64,000 bases of DNA. Source: Candidatus Micrarchaeaceae archaeon (GTDB lineage: Bacteria; Chloroflexota; Dormibacteria; Aeolococcales; Bog-877). Numbering within the stretch: position 1 is the first letter of the stretch; each line of letters opens with the position of its first letter. Under the pieces are notes generated by a model that saw only the letters and a list, made by a program, of their open reading frames with translations, was not told where the DNA came from and searched no databases. The DNA lies in assembly GCA_035531715.1 (NCBI GenBank), contig DATKSI010000010.1:73615-137614 (forward strand), written 5' to 3'. Of the stretch, positions 8,520-18,789 are shown in pieces. The position numbers were made by a program, and so were the translations under genes.

Positions 8520-11072
8520 TCAGACTGGTCCGCCACCTTCGCCGCCAGTCGAACCGGCGGCCCCCGCTCCGGCCGGCTCCGCAGCCGGAGGTTGCTCCTC
8601 GACAAGCTCAGGCGGCGGGGGCGGTCCCGGCACCACGTGGGTCCGGATGTTGCCGTCCTCGACGTCGATGGTCACCAGATCCCCCGGGGTGTACTCAATC
8701 TTCAGCAATTCCTCACTCAGTGGATCCTCGATGTCCGCCTGGATCACCCGACGCAGCGGTCGGGCTCCGAACTGCTTGTCGAATCCGCGCTCGGCCAGGA
8801 GGTCCTTGGCCTGATCGGTGACCAAGAGGCTGAGGCCCTGACGTTGCAGGTGTTCCCGGACCCGAACCAGCATGAGATCAACAATCTGACGGGTTTCGTG
8901 GGCGTGCAGACGGTGAAAGACCACCACCGCGTCGACCCGGTTGAGAAACTCGGGGCGGAAAGCGCGCTTCAGCTCGTCCGTGATCCGCTCCCGCATCTTG
9001 CCGTGTTCCTGGTCCTCGCCACTCCGTCCGGGAACCCCGGTCTGGAATCCCATCGACAGATTCGAGCCGATCCCCTGGATGCCCAGGTTGCTGGTCATGA
9101 TCACGATGGTGTTGGCAAAGCTGACCGCCTTGCCCTTGGCGTCGGTGAGTCGGCCGTCCTCCAGGATCTGCAAGAGCATGTTGAAGAAGTCGGGGTGCGC
9201 CTTCTCGATCTCATCGAAGAGGACGACGCTGTAGGGGCGACGGCGGACCGCCTCGGTCAGCTGCCCACCCTCGTCGTAGCCGACGTAGCCCGGTGGCGAC
9301 CCTACCAGCCGAGCGGTACTGTGGCGCTCGGCAAACTCTGACATGTCGAGGCGGATCAAAGCGTCGTCGTTGTCAAAGAGAAATGCAGCCAACGAGCGGG
9401 CCAGCTCGGTCTTGCCCACGCCGGTCGGTCCCAGGAAGATGAACGACCCAATCGGGCGCCGGGGGTCCTTGAGTCCGGCTCGAGCCCGGCGAACTGCCTG
9501 GCAGACGATCTTGACCGCCTCTTCCTGGCCGATCAGGCGCTTGTGGATCTCGGTCTCCATGGCCAGCAGCCGCTTGGTTTCCGCCTCCACCAAGCGGCTC
9601 ACCGGTATCCCGGTCCAGGAGGAGACGATGTCGGCGATGTTCTCCTCGCTGACCTCGGGCACGGTCTTCCCCAGCTCGTCCCGCCACGCGGCCTCCTCCA
9701 ACGCGTACTCCGCCCGGAGCAGCTTGGCCTCTTCGTCGAGCTTGGTGGCGGCCTCGTAGTCCTGCTTCTCGACCGCTTCGTCCTTGCGAGCTTGGAGCGC
9801 CCGCACCCGGCGCTGCTTGGCGCGGAGCTCCGGTGGGGTGGTGGTCAACTTCATCCGGACCCGAGCTGAGGCCTCATCGATGAGATCGATCGCCTTGTCC
9901 GGCCAGGAGCGGTCGCTCACGTAACGCCCCGAAAGTTCGGCGGCGGCCCGCACCGCGCTGTCGCTGATGGTCACCCGGTGGTGTTTTTCGTAGAGGCTGC
10001 GCACCCCCGAGAGGATCTCGACGGTCTCCTCCAGCTTCGGCTCCTCAACGAATACCGGCTGGAAGCGGCGCTCGAGGGCGGCGTCCTTCTCGATGTACTT
10101 GCGATACTCGTTAAGGGTGGTGGCACCGATGCACTGGATCTCGCCCCGGGCCAGAGCCGGCTTGAGGATGTTGGCGGCGTCGATGGCACCCTCCGCGGCA
10201 CCGGCTCCCACCAGGGTGTGGAGCTCGTCAATGAAAAGCACCACTTCCTTGGATGATCGAATCTCGTCAAGAATCTTCTTGAGCCGCTCCTCGAACTCCC
10301 CTCGGTATTTGGTGCCGGCCACCAGCCCCCCCATGTCCAGGGTGAGCACCCGCTTGTTGGCCAGCGATTCGGGGATCTCCTGGTTCACGATCGCCTGGGC
10401 CAGTCCCTCAGCGATCGCGGTTTTGCCAACTCCAGGCTCACCGATGAGGGCCGGATTGTTCTTGGTGCGACGGGAGAGGATCTGCACCACCCGCTCGATC
10501 TCCATCTCCCGCCCAATCACCGGGTCCAGCTGGTTTTTGGTGGCCAGATCAGTGAGATCGCGGCAGAACTGGTCCAACAAGGGCGTCTTGCTGGACTTCT
10601 TGCGCTCTGGCGGAGGCTCGTCCTCCAGCCCCTGCTCCTTGAGCAACGAGTCCAGTTCATGGCGGACCTTCTCCAGATTGGCACCGAGATCCTCCAGCAC
10701 ATGGGCCGCGATTCCCTCGCCCTCGATCAGCAGTCCGAGCAGCAGGTGCTCGGTGCCGACATAGGTGTTGTTCATCCGCTTGGCCTCTTCGAAGGCGATC
10801 TCGATCACCTTCTTGACCCGGGAGGTGGGGATGATCTGCTGAACAATGATCCGCTCGTTGCGCCCGAGCACCGAATCGATGGTGTCGCGGACCTTGTCGA
10901 TCTCGACGCCCAGGTTGGAGAGCACCTTGGCGGCCAGTCCTTCGCCCTCGCGCAGCAGCCCAAGCAGAAGATGCTCGGTGCCGATGTACGAGTGATGGGA
11001 CCTCTCCGCCTCGTCCTGCGCCAGAGTCAGGACCTTCTTGGCCTTCTCGGTAAAGCGCTCAAACGGGTACAC
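8520..11072 (-). CDS. clpC: ATP-dependent Clp protease ATP-binding subunit ClpC
   Basis: 850 aa. Duplicated Clp_N repeats ([12 protein letters not shown] twice) and two Walker A sites ([16 protein letters not shown]). GTG start with GGAG 8 nt upstream. Confidence 0.96.
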   Translation of the reverse strand: MYPFERFTEKAKKVLTLAQDEAERSHHSYIGTEHLLLGLLREGEGLAAKVLSNLGVEIDKVRDTIDSVLGRNERIIVQQIIPTSRVKKVIEIAFEEAKRMNNTYVGTEHLLLGLLIEGEGIAAHVLEDLGANLEKVRHELDSLLKEQGLEDEPPPERKKSSKTPLLDQFCRDLTDLATKNQLDPVIGREMEIERVVQILSRRTKNNPALIGEPGVGKTAIAEGLAQAIVNQEIPESLANKRVLTLDMGGLVAGTKYRGEFEERLKKILDEIRSSKEVVLFIDELHTLVGAGAAEGAIDAANILKPALARGEIQCIGATTLNEYRKYIEKDAALERRFQPVFVEEPKLEETVEILSGVRSLYEKHHRVTISDSAVRAAAELSGRYVSDRSWPDKAIDLIDEASARVRMKLTTTPPELRAKQRRVRALQARKDEAVEKQDYEAATKLDEEAKLLRAEYALEEAAWRDELGKTVPEVSEENIADIVSSWTGIPVSRLVEAETKRLLAMETEIHKRLIGQEEAVKIVCQAVRRARAGLKDPRRPIGSFIFLGPTGVGKTELARSLAAFLFDNDDALIRLDMSEFAERHSTARLVGSPPGYVGYDEGGQLTEAVRRRPYSVVLFDEIEKAHPDFFNMLLQILEDGRLTDAKGKAVSFANTIVIMTSNLGIQGIGSNLSMGFQTGVPGRSGEDQEHGKMRERITDELKRAFRPEFLNRVDAVVVFHRLHAHETRQIVDLMLVRVREHLQRQGLSLLVTDQAKDLLAERGFDKQFGARPLRRVIQADIEDPLSEELLKIEYTPGDLVTIDVEDGNIRTHVVPGPPPPPELVEEQPPAAEPAGAGAAGSTGGEGGGPV

Positions 11073-11416
11073 GGATCATCTCCTTGAGCCCGATGGGGGG
11101 ACGGTCGGCAGCACAGACTGCCGCCATGGCTGAAATGGCTCGCGGGCTCGGGGCGGGGCCGATCACAAGCGCATTATGCCCAATTCAGGCAGCGCGAACC
11201 TCGGAGCCTCTCCCCCTTCATCCTCCCGGGGTGAGGGCTCCGGTTGGTTGGTTGCCCTGAGATCGACTCCCTCCGGCGGCTGGCCGGGCTGGGGCAGATG
11301 CCGCCTGGAAGCCAGTTCCTGGCGCCTGATCGGCCGCGGATCAGGCTGGCGCTGACCTTGCTCACGCGGTCACCGACGCCTGGGGGAGCTGCCGACCAAA
11401 CTCCGCCTGCGCTGGA

Positions 11417-12589
11417 TCAGGGGCTGGGATGGTCTCCCCCGCCCGGCCGCGGCTGCACCCGGGTCAGAGGCGGATTGGAGTCCTCGCCCACCAGAACCGC
11501 CTCGCCCATCCCAATCCCTCCGGGGGCCATCTCCCGGCGCAACGTCGCTGCGGCCGCGAGCAGGAGAGCGGCTACCCCAAGCCAGCTGACTTCGATCGGG
11601 ATCCACAGCCAGACGATCGGCGCCCCGGCCATCAGCAGGATGGCGATCGCAGGGCCCCACTCTCGGGTGGCGACCGCATCCTTCCCGACCACCAGCATCA
11701 GTAAGGGCAGCACCAGCAGATCGTCATAGGGATGGGCATAGGGGGTGACCAGCAGCCAGAGCGCCATGGGGAGTCCCACCGCCCAGAGGATGCGACGAGG
11801 CCGAGGCAGCTGCAGCCACTGCTTCGAAGTGGCGATCCGATAGGCGAGCCAGCTCAGGCCAGCCAGGATGACAACAATCAAGGTCCAGGTCACCGGCGAG
11901 CGGAACCCGGTGCCCAGCCCCCACCCCGGCGGAGCCGCGCTGAGCAGGACCGGAAGCCCAGCCAGATCAGTCTGCCCTCCCGCCCGAGCACCCAAGCCGA
12001 GCAGAGCATGCATCCAGGTGGAGAGATAGGCCGCTCCCAGTCCGAGAAACAGCAGCGAGGTGAGCAGCAGCCCGGCCAGGTAGTGCAGCAGCGCTCTCCG
12101 CTCGGGCCAGAGGGCCACCCCGGCAAAGGCCACCAGCGGCCACATCACGTCGGGCTTGAGCCAGAACAGGCCCACGACCACCCCCGCGGCGACGGTCCGG
12201 CCTCGCGTCAACAGGAGGATCGACCCCAGCAGGATGGCCAGCAAAAGCGCATCCACCTGGCCCTGCAGCAGCCCCGAGAAGCCGATCCAGGAGACCAGCG
12301 CCCCGGCTGCCAGTAGTTCGGGATGCCTCCATCCCAGGTCCCGGCCCACCAGGACCACGGTTCCCGCCCCGAGTAAGCCGGTCACCACGGTGAAGACCCA
12401 ATAGGCGGCCCGGAACGGGAGCCGGGCCAGCGGTTCCAGCAGCGCTGCCAGCCCGGGAGCGCTGACAAAATTCCGAGCCGAGTACGGGTCGCCTCCGTGG
12501 AGCATCGCCCGAGCCGCCTGGTAGAACGCCAGGAAGTCGACGCCCCGCCCGATGTTGGGGAGCGAATAGACCGCCATGGCTAGGCTCAC
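11417..12589 (-). CDS. Polytopic membrane protein, glycosyltransferase family 87 / DUF2029-like
   Basis: 390 aa with many TM helices and the family-typical N-terminal DFLAFYQAARAMLHGGDPY motif. The start probably lies upstream of 12589 (see findings). Confidence 0.6.
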   Translation of the reverse strand: MSLAMAVYSLPNIGRGVDFLAFYQAARAMLHGGDPYSARNFVSAPGLAALLEPLARLPFRAAYWVFTVVTGLLGAGTVVLVGRDLGWRHPELLAAGALVSWIGFSGLLQGQVDALLLAILLGSILLLTRGRTVAAGVVVGLFWLKPDVMWPLVAFAGVALWPERRALLHYLAGLLLTSLLFLGLGAAYLSTWMHALLGLGARAGGQTDLAGLPVLLSAAPPGWGLGTGFRSPVTWTLIVVILAGLSWLAYRIATSKQWLQLPRPRRILWAVGLPMALWLLVTPYAHPYDDLLVLPLLMLVVGKDAVATREWGPAIAILLMAGAPIVWLWIPIEVSWLGVAALLLAAAATLRREMAPGGIGMGEAVLVGEDSNPPLTRVQPRPGGGDHPSP

Positions 12590-12829
12590 CGCAGCGGCCG
12601 CCAGTAAAACCAGCGCCCGTCGGTCGAAGTGCAGGTTCAGGACCAGGCTCGCGCCGGTCCGGCGGGACCGCCCCGGCAGGACATCAGGGCGGGCTCGACC
12701 GGCCGCCCGCCAGAGCCCGTCGCCACATCATCACGGGCCGGAGTTTAATCCGAGCTGGTCTGAGGAGAACGATTCGCCGGAACAGAAGCGGGACCGTCAT
12801 TCGGTACCCGGCTGGCTCCCGGCCAGGGG

Positions 12830-14194
12830 CTATTCGCCCTCGGGGTCGCGCGCCTCCGGCTCGGCCACCGCTTCGAGCTCGGTGAGTTCCGGACTCGCCT
12901 GGGCCACCGGCTCCGCGGACCCCGACTCCGACACCTCCGTCGGCACCTCGGGGGCGGCCTTGGCCCGCGTCCGCTTGGGCTTGGCCGGAACCACCAGGTC
13001 GGCATCGGCGTCCTCGTCAGCGTCCGGCTCATAGTCCGCTGCGGCGGCATAGTCGCCGTCGCCCGGAATGTCCTCGGGCGGAAGATGGGCGGGGCGAGGC
13101 AGCAGCTGCCGGTAGGAGAGCGAAATTCGGCGCCGGGTCCGATCCGCCTGAAGCACGATCACCTTGACGGCGTCACCCACCCGAAGGACGTCCTCGGTGC
13201 GCTCGACATGCTCCCAGGAGAGCTCACTGATGTGCAGTAGGCCCTCGACCCCGTCCGCGATCTGTAGAAAGGCCCCGTACTTCTTGGTCTTGGTCACCGT
13301 GCCTTCGATCTCCGTTCCCGGCGGGAAGCGGGCCTCGATGCTATCCCAGGGGTCGTCGCTCATCTGGCGCAGCGACAGCGAGATGCGGGACAGCTCGGGA
13401 TCTAGCTTGATCACCTTGACGGTGACCTCATCACCCACGGCCAGCATGTCCGAAACATTGCTGACCCGGTCCCACGACAGCTCGCTGATGTGGATCAGGC
13501 CGTCGGCGCCCCCCAGATTGATGAAGGCGCCGTAGGAGGTGAGCCCGCTGACTCGGCCGCTCACCACGTCCCCGACGCTGAGCCGCTCGAAGAGCTCCTC
13601 CCGTTGCCGGGCACGATCTTCATCCTGGGCTGCCCGCTGACTGACGATCAGCCGGTTGCGCTTGCGATTGACCTCGAGGATCTTGACCATGATCTGCTGG
13701 CCCACCAGATCCATGAGGTTGCCCGAGTGGGTGCGGGCCACCTGGGAACTGGGCAAGAAGCCCCGCAGGCCCATGATGTTGACGATCAGGCCGCCCTTGT
13801 TCTGCTCCCGGACCTCCGCCTCCACCCCCTCGCCCGAGCTTTCCTTCTCGGCGGCCTTGGCCCAGATGCCCTCAGCCCGGGCGCGACGCAGGCTGAGCAC
13901 GACATTGCCGTCCTCGTTCTCCGACTGGAGGACGTAGACCTTGATCCGGTCACCGGGGTTGAGCACCACCGATTCCTCGGCCCGTCCGGTCATTTCTCGG
14001 TTGGAGATCACTCCTTCCGACTTGGCTCCGATGTCGACCAGCACCTCGTCGGGATCAACCCGCACGACCGTGCCGTCAACAATGTCCCCGTAGGTCAGGG
14101 TGCGGATGGAATCAGCGCTGGTGCGCAGGTACTCCTCCATGGAGCTGAAGATGGTCAGCTCCTCGGCGGGTGCCTCAGTGGCGAGCTCGGACAA
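12830..14194 (-). CDS. rpsA: 30S ribosomal protein S1 with an acidic C-terminal tail
   Basis: 454 aa with four recognisable S1 OB-fold repeats (e.g. GDIVDGTVV, GDVVSGRVS, GTEIEGTVT) followed by a Glu/Asp/Ala/Pro-rich tail. Confidence 0.92.
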   Translation of the reverse strand: MSELATEAPAEELTIFSSMEEYLRTSADSIRTLTYGDIVDGTVVRVDPDEVLVDIGAKSEGVISNREMTGRAEESVVLNPGDRIKVYVLQSENEDGNVVLSLRRARAEGIWAKAAEKESSGEGVEAEVREQNKGGLIVNIMGLRGFLPSSQVARTHSGNLMDLVGQQIMVKILEVNRKRNRLIVSQRAAQDEDRARQREELFERLSVGDVVSGRVSGLTSYGAFINLGGADGLIHISELSWDRVSNVSDMLAVGDEVTVKVIKLDPELSRISLSLRQMSDDPWDSIEARFPPGTEIEGTVTKTKKYGAFLQIADGVEGLLHISELSWEHVERTEDVLRVGDAVKVIVLQADRTRRRISLSYRQLLPRPAHLPPEDIPGDGDYAAAADYEPDADEDADADLVVPAKPKRTRAKAAPEVPTEVSESGSAEPVAQASPELTELEAVAEPEARDPEGE

Positions 14195-14393
14195 CGGCCT
14201 GTTGATTCCTCCAGAACAGTGTCACCGGCGCGCTCAATTCAGAGCGCCAGCGCGGGCGAGAGTATAGCAGCGATCCGCCGAGATCCACGCCGGTCGTGGT
14301 CGGCGCCTGGCCGAGGCCGTTGCTGGCACACTGGGCTGCAGGTTGCTGCAACCCGGCGCACCAGGGCGGCCGCGGGACCCAAAGGAGGAACAG

Positions 14394-14606
14394 GTGAGCA
14401 CAGCTCCGACCCAACAGATCTACCAGTACCGCGAAGTCGACGCTTTGGAGGAGGTCAACCGACTGGCCGCCGAGGAGGGGTTCGACCTTTTCCAGGCGGT
14501 GGCCGTGGACGGGAAGCTCCATTTCGTGCTCCGCCGGGTACGGGAATCGGATCTCGGTCGGAGGGTGGGTTTTGCCGGAAGCGGACCCAAAACCCCCACC
14601 GGTTAG
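14394..14606 (+). CDS. Small conserved hypothetical protein (DUF4177-like)
   Basis: AAAGGAGG Shine-Dalgarno 6 nt before the GTG at 14394. 70 aa with a YQYREV...LNRLAAEGFDL..V pattern resembling DUF4177. The track ORF starts at 14343. Confidence 0.55.
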   Translation: MSTAPTQQIYQYREVDALEEVNRLAAEEGFDLFQAVAVDGKLHFVLRRVRESDLGRRVGFAGSGPKTPTG

Positions 14607-15493
14607 CCGAGAGCGACCACCTTCATCGCCAGGTCGAGGGCCGGGGCGCTGTGGGTGAGCCGCCCCACGGAGATGAAGGTCGGGTGTTCCTGGGCATATT
14701 CGGCCAGGTTCTCCAGGGTGACCCCCCCACTGACCTCGATCTCGGCTCGGCCTCCGACTCGGGCGATCGCGGCGCGCACCTCCTGGGGCGTGAAATTGTC
14801 CAGGAGCACCCTGCCGACGCCGAGGTCGAGCGCCTGTCCCAGTTCAGCCTGGGACCGCACCTCGACCTCGACCTCCTGAGCCGGGTGGCGAGTGGTGGCC
14901 CGGGCCACCGCCGCGCCGAGTCCGCCCGCCAAATCCACGTGGTTGTCTTTGATCAGGAGGGCATCGAAGAGGCCCATGCGGTGATTGCGGGCGCCCCCGG
15001 TCCGGGCGGCGTACTTCTCCAACTGCCGGAGCCCCGGCAGGGTCTTCCGAGTGTCCAGGATCGTCACCCCGAATGGACCGGCCACGCGCACGAAGCGGGC
15101 GGTGAGGCTGGCGATGCCGGAGAGGTGCTGCAGGAAATTCACCGCCGTGCGCTCGCCCGCCAGAATCGCTCGAGCCTGCCCGGTGACCCGCAGCACCACG
15201 CTGCCGTCGACCAGTCGAACGCCGTCCTGGAGCAGTTCGTCGAACACCAGCGAGTCATCTACCTGGCGAAATACCTCGCGGGCGATGCCCACTCCGCAGA
15301 GGACGCCGGGCTCCCGCGCGATCACCTCGGCGCTGCCGCGCTGGTCCGCCTCGACCACGGCCTCACCGGTCAGGTCCTGGCCCTGATAGTCCTCGGCCAA
15401 AGCCCGCTCGACGACGGCCTCGATTTCAGCCTGGTCGAGGTTTGTCAATTTGCCTGAACTCCAGGGGAATCCCCCGCTGCTGGATGACCGCAC
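14603..15493 (-). CDS. nadC: Nicotinate-nucleotide diphosphorylase (quinolinate phosphoribosyltransferase)
   Basis: ALAEDY..DLTG, ILDTRKTLPGLR and LIKDNH motifs. The start may be the TTG at 15448, because the ORF start overlaps the nadB 3' end. Confidence 0.92.
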   Translation of the reverse strand: MRSSSSGGFPWSSGKLTNLDQAEIEAVVERALAEDYQGQDLTGEAVVEADQRGSAEVIAREPGVLCGVGIAREVFRQVDDSLVFDELLQDGVRLVDGSVVLRVTGQARAILAGERTAVNFLQHLSGIASLTARFVRVAGPFGVTILDTRKTLPGLRQLEKYAARTGGARNHRMGLFDALLIKDNHVDLAGGLGAAVARATTRHPAQEVEVEVRSQAELGQALDLGVGRVLLDNFTPQEVRAAIARVGGRAEIEVSGGVTLENLAEYAQEHPTFISVGRLTHSAPALDLAMKVVALG

Positions 15494-17039
15494 CCAGGAA
15501 TCGGCTGCTCACCTCGGGATGATCGCGGCGGAAGTGGGCGCCTCGGCTCTCCTCCCGGAACTGGGCTGCCTCTACCAACAGCTGACTGGTCCCGACCATG
15601 CCACGCAGCTCTAGGAGATCCGGGTTGACCGGCAGCTCGGGCAGCTCCTCGGCCAGCCGGCTCAGCCTGGCGGCGGTCTCCGCCAGTCCGATCTGCTGAC
15701 GGACGATGCCCGCCGTACTCCACATCATCTCCTGCAGCTGTCGCCGGCCCTCGCCCACCTGATCCGGAGAGACCTCCTCCCAGTCCAGCTCCCCAACCGG
15801 CTCGGGCGGACTGAGCCGGGCCTGCTCCGACGTCCCCAGGACGGCCTCGACCGCGCGTGCCGCAAACACCAGGGACTCCAAGAGACTGTTGCTGGCCAGG
15901 CGGTTGGCGCCGTGCACTCCGGTCGAGGCCACCTCCCCGGCGGCGAACAGCCCCGGTATTGATGTCGCCCCAGAAAGGTCCGTTCTGACCCCTCCCATCT
16001 GGTAGTGGGCGGCGGGGGCCACTGGGATCGGCTGCTCGGTGATGTCGATGCCATGGCCGGCACAGGTGGCAACGATGTTGGGGAAGCGGAGCCGGGCCCG
16101 GGCCGCCCCCATCGGGCGCAGGTCGAGCCAAACGTTGTCCAACGAGCTCTCTGCCATCCGCTCGGTGATCGCCCGGGCCACCACGTCGCGGCCGGCCAGC
16201 TCCCCAGCTGGGTCAGCCTGAAAGAGGAACCGCTCCCCGAGATCGTCGACCACCAGTGCCCCCTCGCCCCGAACCGCCTCGGAGATCAGGAATGGCGGTG
16301 CCCCCGGCAGCGCCAGGGCGGTGGGGTGGAACTGGACGAACTCCAGGTGGGCGATCTCCGCTCCCGCCTGGTAGCCCAGCCAGACTCCGTCGCCGGTAGA
16401 GGGTCGGGGATTGGTGGTGTAACGATAGAGCCGACCCAGGCCGCCGGTCGCGAGCAGCACCGCCCCCGCCTGCAGACGGCGGACCGCCGAATCGCGCAAG
16501 GAGATCGCCTCCACCCCCCAGCAGCGGCCGTCGCTGAGCAAGAGTCGCCGCACCGAGTGCTCTTCCAGAATCAACTCCACCGCCCCGGTGGCCCGGAGCG
16601 CCAGCAGCTCCTCCACCTCCTTGCCGGTGGCATCGCCCCCGGCGTGGACGATGCGGGAGCGGGAGTGGGCCGCCTCCTTGGCCACCAAGAGCACCCCGTC
16701 CTGGGTGTCGAAGTGCACCCCCAGCTCGATCAGCTCCCGAATTCGGCCGGGCCCCTCCTCCACCAACGCCGCCACCGCCAAGGGATCGCAGAGGCCCCGG
16801 CCCGCCGCGATGGTGTCCGCGGCATGGAGCACCGGACTGTCCTCAGGATCGACCGCGGCGGCGATGCCCCCCTGAGCGTAGCGACTGCTGCACTCCTGCA
16901 TGGTCGCCTTGGTCAGGACCGCCACCCTGAGCCCCGCCTGAGCGGCCTTGACCGCGGCAAAGAGACCGGCGATCCCGCTCCCGACCACCACCAGGTCAAA
17001 GCGACGCTCCAGGTAGTCGACGGCTACCAGCTGGCCCAC
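15426..17039 (-). CDS. nadB: L-aspartate oxidase
   Basis: 537 aa. FAD-binding VVVGSGIAGL motif and succinate dehydrogenase/fumarate reductase flavoprotein-like motifs. Adjacent to nadC. Confidence 0.93.
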   Translation of the reverse strand: MGQLVAVDYLERRFDLVVVGSGIAGLFAAVKAAQAGLRVAVLTKATMQECSSRYAQGGIAAAVDPEDSPVLHAADTIAAGRGLCDPLAVAALVEEGPGRIRELIELGVHFDTQDGVLLVAKEAAHSRSRIVHAGGDATGKEVEELLALRATGAVELILEEHSVRRLLLSDGRCWGVEAISLRDSAVRRLQAGAVLLATGGLGRLYRYTTNPRPSTGDGVWLGYQAGAEIAHLEFVQFHPTALALPGAPPFLISEAVRGEGALVVDDLGERFLFQADPAGELAGRDVVARAITERMAESSLDNVWLDLRPMGAARARLRFPNIVATCAGHGIDITEQPIPVAPAAHYQMGGVRTDLSGATSIPGLFAAGEVASTGVHGANRLASNSLLESLVFAARAVEAVLGTSEQARLSPPEPVGELDWEEVSPDQVGEGRRQLQEMMWSTAGIVRQQIGLAETAARLSRLAEELPELPVNPDLLELRGMVGTSQLLVEAAQFREESRGAHFRRDHPEVSSRFLGAVIQQRGIPLEFRQIDKPRPG

Positions 17040-17042
17040 CGG

Positions 17043-17954
17043 TCAGCCGCTCAACCGTGGCGGCGAGTTGAGCAGCTCGGTGTCGATGAGATGCACCCCT
17101 TCGATCTGGGCCGCCACCAGGACCCGCGATCCCCCGGTCGCCTGAGCCAGCGGCTGGAAGTCAGCGGGGTCCACCACGCCAGCGTAGTCGAGGCTGGCCA
17201 GCGGCTCGGCCCCGATCACCTCGCTCGCCGCCTGCGCCAGCTCGGGTCCGGAGATGATACCGGAGTCGAACCTCCGGGATGCCTCGATCAGCGACGCGGC
17301 GAGGCAGCGGGCCGCCCGCCGCCCGGAGGCGGAGAGCAGGACATTCCGGCTGCTCAGGGCGAGCCCATCCGGTTCGCGCACTGTGGGACAGACGGAGATC
17401 GTTGCCCCCAGGTCGAGGTCGCGGACTAGCTGAGCGACAAGCACCGCCTGTTGGGCGTCCTTTTCCCCGAAGTAGGCGCGGCACAGACCGGTGGCCGCCA
17501 GCAGCTTGGTGACCACGGTCGCCACTCCGGTGAAGTGCCCGGGCCGGCGCTCGGCCTCCCACAACTCACTCCCGGCCTCCACCACCACCCTGGTGGCGAA
17601 GCCATCCGGATACATCGTCCTAACCTCGGGCCGGTAGCAGGCGTCGACTCCCATCTCGGACAGCAGCTCCAGGTCGGCCTCGAACTGGCGCGGATAGTCG
17701 AGGTAGTCCTCTTCGACCCCGAATTGGAGGGGATTGATGAAGATCGACACAACCACCCGGTCGCACTCGCTTTGGGCGGCCCCGACCAAGGAAAGGTGGC
17801 CCGCGTGGAGTGAGCCCATGGTCGGAACCAAACCCACCACCTCGCCGGCGGCTCGCCAGCTGGCGGTCAGTTGGCGCAGCGCCCGAGGCGAGTTGAGCAG
17901 CTCGGGCGCGGCGGCTACCCGAGCGGTCGTCGGCAGCCGGTGCGACTCAGCCAT
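17043..17954 (-). CDS. panC: Pantoate--beta-alanine ligase
   Basis: PTMGSLHAGHLSLV motif. The track ORF extends to 18074 across the panB 3' end; the ATG at 17954 (MAESHRL) gives a normal length. Confidence 0.92.
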   Translation of the reverse strand: MAESHRLPTTARVAAAPELLNSPRALRQLTASWRAAGEVVGLVPTMGSLHAGHLSLVGAAQSECDRVVVSIFINPLQFGVEEDYLDYPRQFEADLELLSEMGVDACYRPEVRTMYPDGFATRVVVEAGSELWEAERRPGHFTGVATVVTKLLAATGLCRAYFGEKDAQQAVLVAQLVRDLDLGATISVCPTVREPDGLALSSRNVLLSASGRRAARCLAASLIEASRRFDSGIISGPELAQAASEVIGAEPLASLDYAGVVDPADFQPLAQATGGSRVLVAAQIEGVHLIDTELLNSPPRLSG

Positions 17955-18786
17955 AGCTGTGCTCTGCATCGGGGAAGATGCCGGACTCGACCTCCGCCTG
18001 GAAGCGGCGGGCGGCGGCGGCCATCTCCTCCCCTTGGTTGGCGTAGCGCTTGACGAATTTGGGAACCGGTCCAACCGTGAGCCCGAGCAGATCGTGGATC
18101 ACCAGAACCTGACCGTCGCAGGCGGCGCCCGCACCGATTCCGATGGTGGGAATCGAGGTAGCGCCTGTCAACTCGCCGGCCAGCTGGCTGGGCATCCCTT
18201 CGAGCACGACTCCGAATGCGCCCGCCTGCTCCAGGCCGATCAGGGCGTCGCGAATCCGGGCGGCGCCGGCCTCGTCCCGGCCCTGAGCTCTGAATCCGCC
18301 CATGGCATGCACGCTCTGGGGGGTGAGCCCCAGATGACCCATCACCGGGATGCCGCGCTCGACCAGGTGGGCGACGACCTCGATCATGGGACCACCCCCC
18401 TCCAACTTGACTGCTTGCATCCCCCCTTCCTGGAGCAGCCGCCCCGCCGACCGGGTGGCGTCGTCCAAACCCAGGTGATAGGAGAGAAAGGGCAGGTCAC
18501 CGACCAGGAGCGCATGCACAGCGCCCCGGGCCACCGCCTGGGCGTGGAGCACGAGTGCATCGAGGGTGACCGGGATCGTGTCGTAGGCGCCGTCGCGCAG
18601 GCGATGACCGAGCACCACCCCACCCAGCGAGTCACCGACCAACAGGACGGGAATACCGGCGTGATCCAGCCAGCTGGCGGTGGTGTAGTCGTAGGCGGTC
18701 AGCATTGCGAAGCGCTTGCCGGCGCGCTTCCAGGCGGCCAGGTCGGTTGTCTGAATCGGCTTGCGGGCCACCATCGGATCATCCAT
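17947..18786 (-). CDS. panB: 3-methyl-2-oxobutanoate hydroxymethyltransferase
   Basis: 279 aa. MLTAYDY, VLLVGDSLG and VKLEGG motifs. Confidence 0.94.
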   Translation of the reverse strand: MDDPMVARKPIQTTDLAAWKRAGKRFAMLTAYDYTTASWLDHAGIPVLLVGDSLGGVVLGHRLRDGAYDTIPVTLDALVLHAQAVARGAVHALLVGDLPFLSYHLGLDDATRSAGRLLQEGGMQAVKLEGGGPMIEVVAHLVERGIPVMGHLGLTPQSVHAMGGFRAQGRDEAGAARIRDALIGLEQAGAFGVVLEGMPSQLAGELTGATSIPTIGIGAGAACDGQVLVIHDLLGLTVGPVPKFVKRYANQGEEMAAAARRFQAEVESGIFPDAEHSYG

Positions 18787-18789
18787 CGG

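Noticed and set aside
11073-11416. CtsR operator upstream of clpC.
   Set aside because: No GGTCAAA-type direct repeat is seen on either strand.
13490-15457. 655-aa + strand ORF, together with similar long ORFs at 5641..6804, 16005..17429, 23904..25787, 31476..33176, 41534..42988, 56635..58209 and 60752..62338.
   Set aside because: Each lies antisense to, or out of frame with, a gene carrying unmistakable family motifs (rpsA/nadC, cysS, nadB, mfd, dnaJ/grpE, chlD, tkt, MFS). Their translations are Arg/Gly/Pro/His/Asp-rich with no motifs. Such shadow ORFs are expected in very GC-rich DNA where stop codons are rare.
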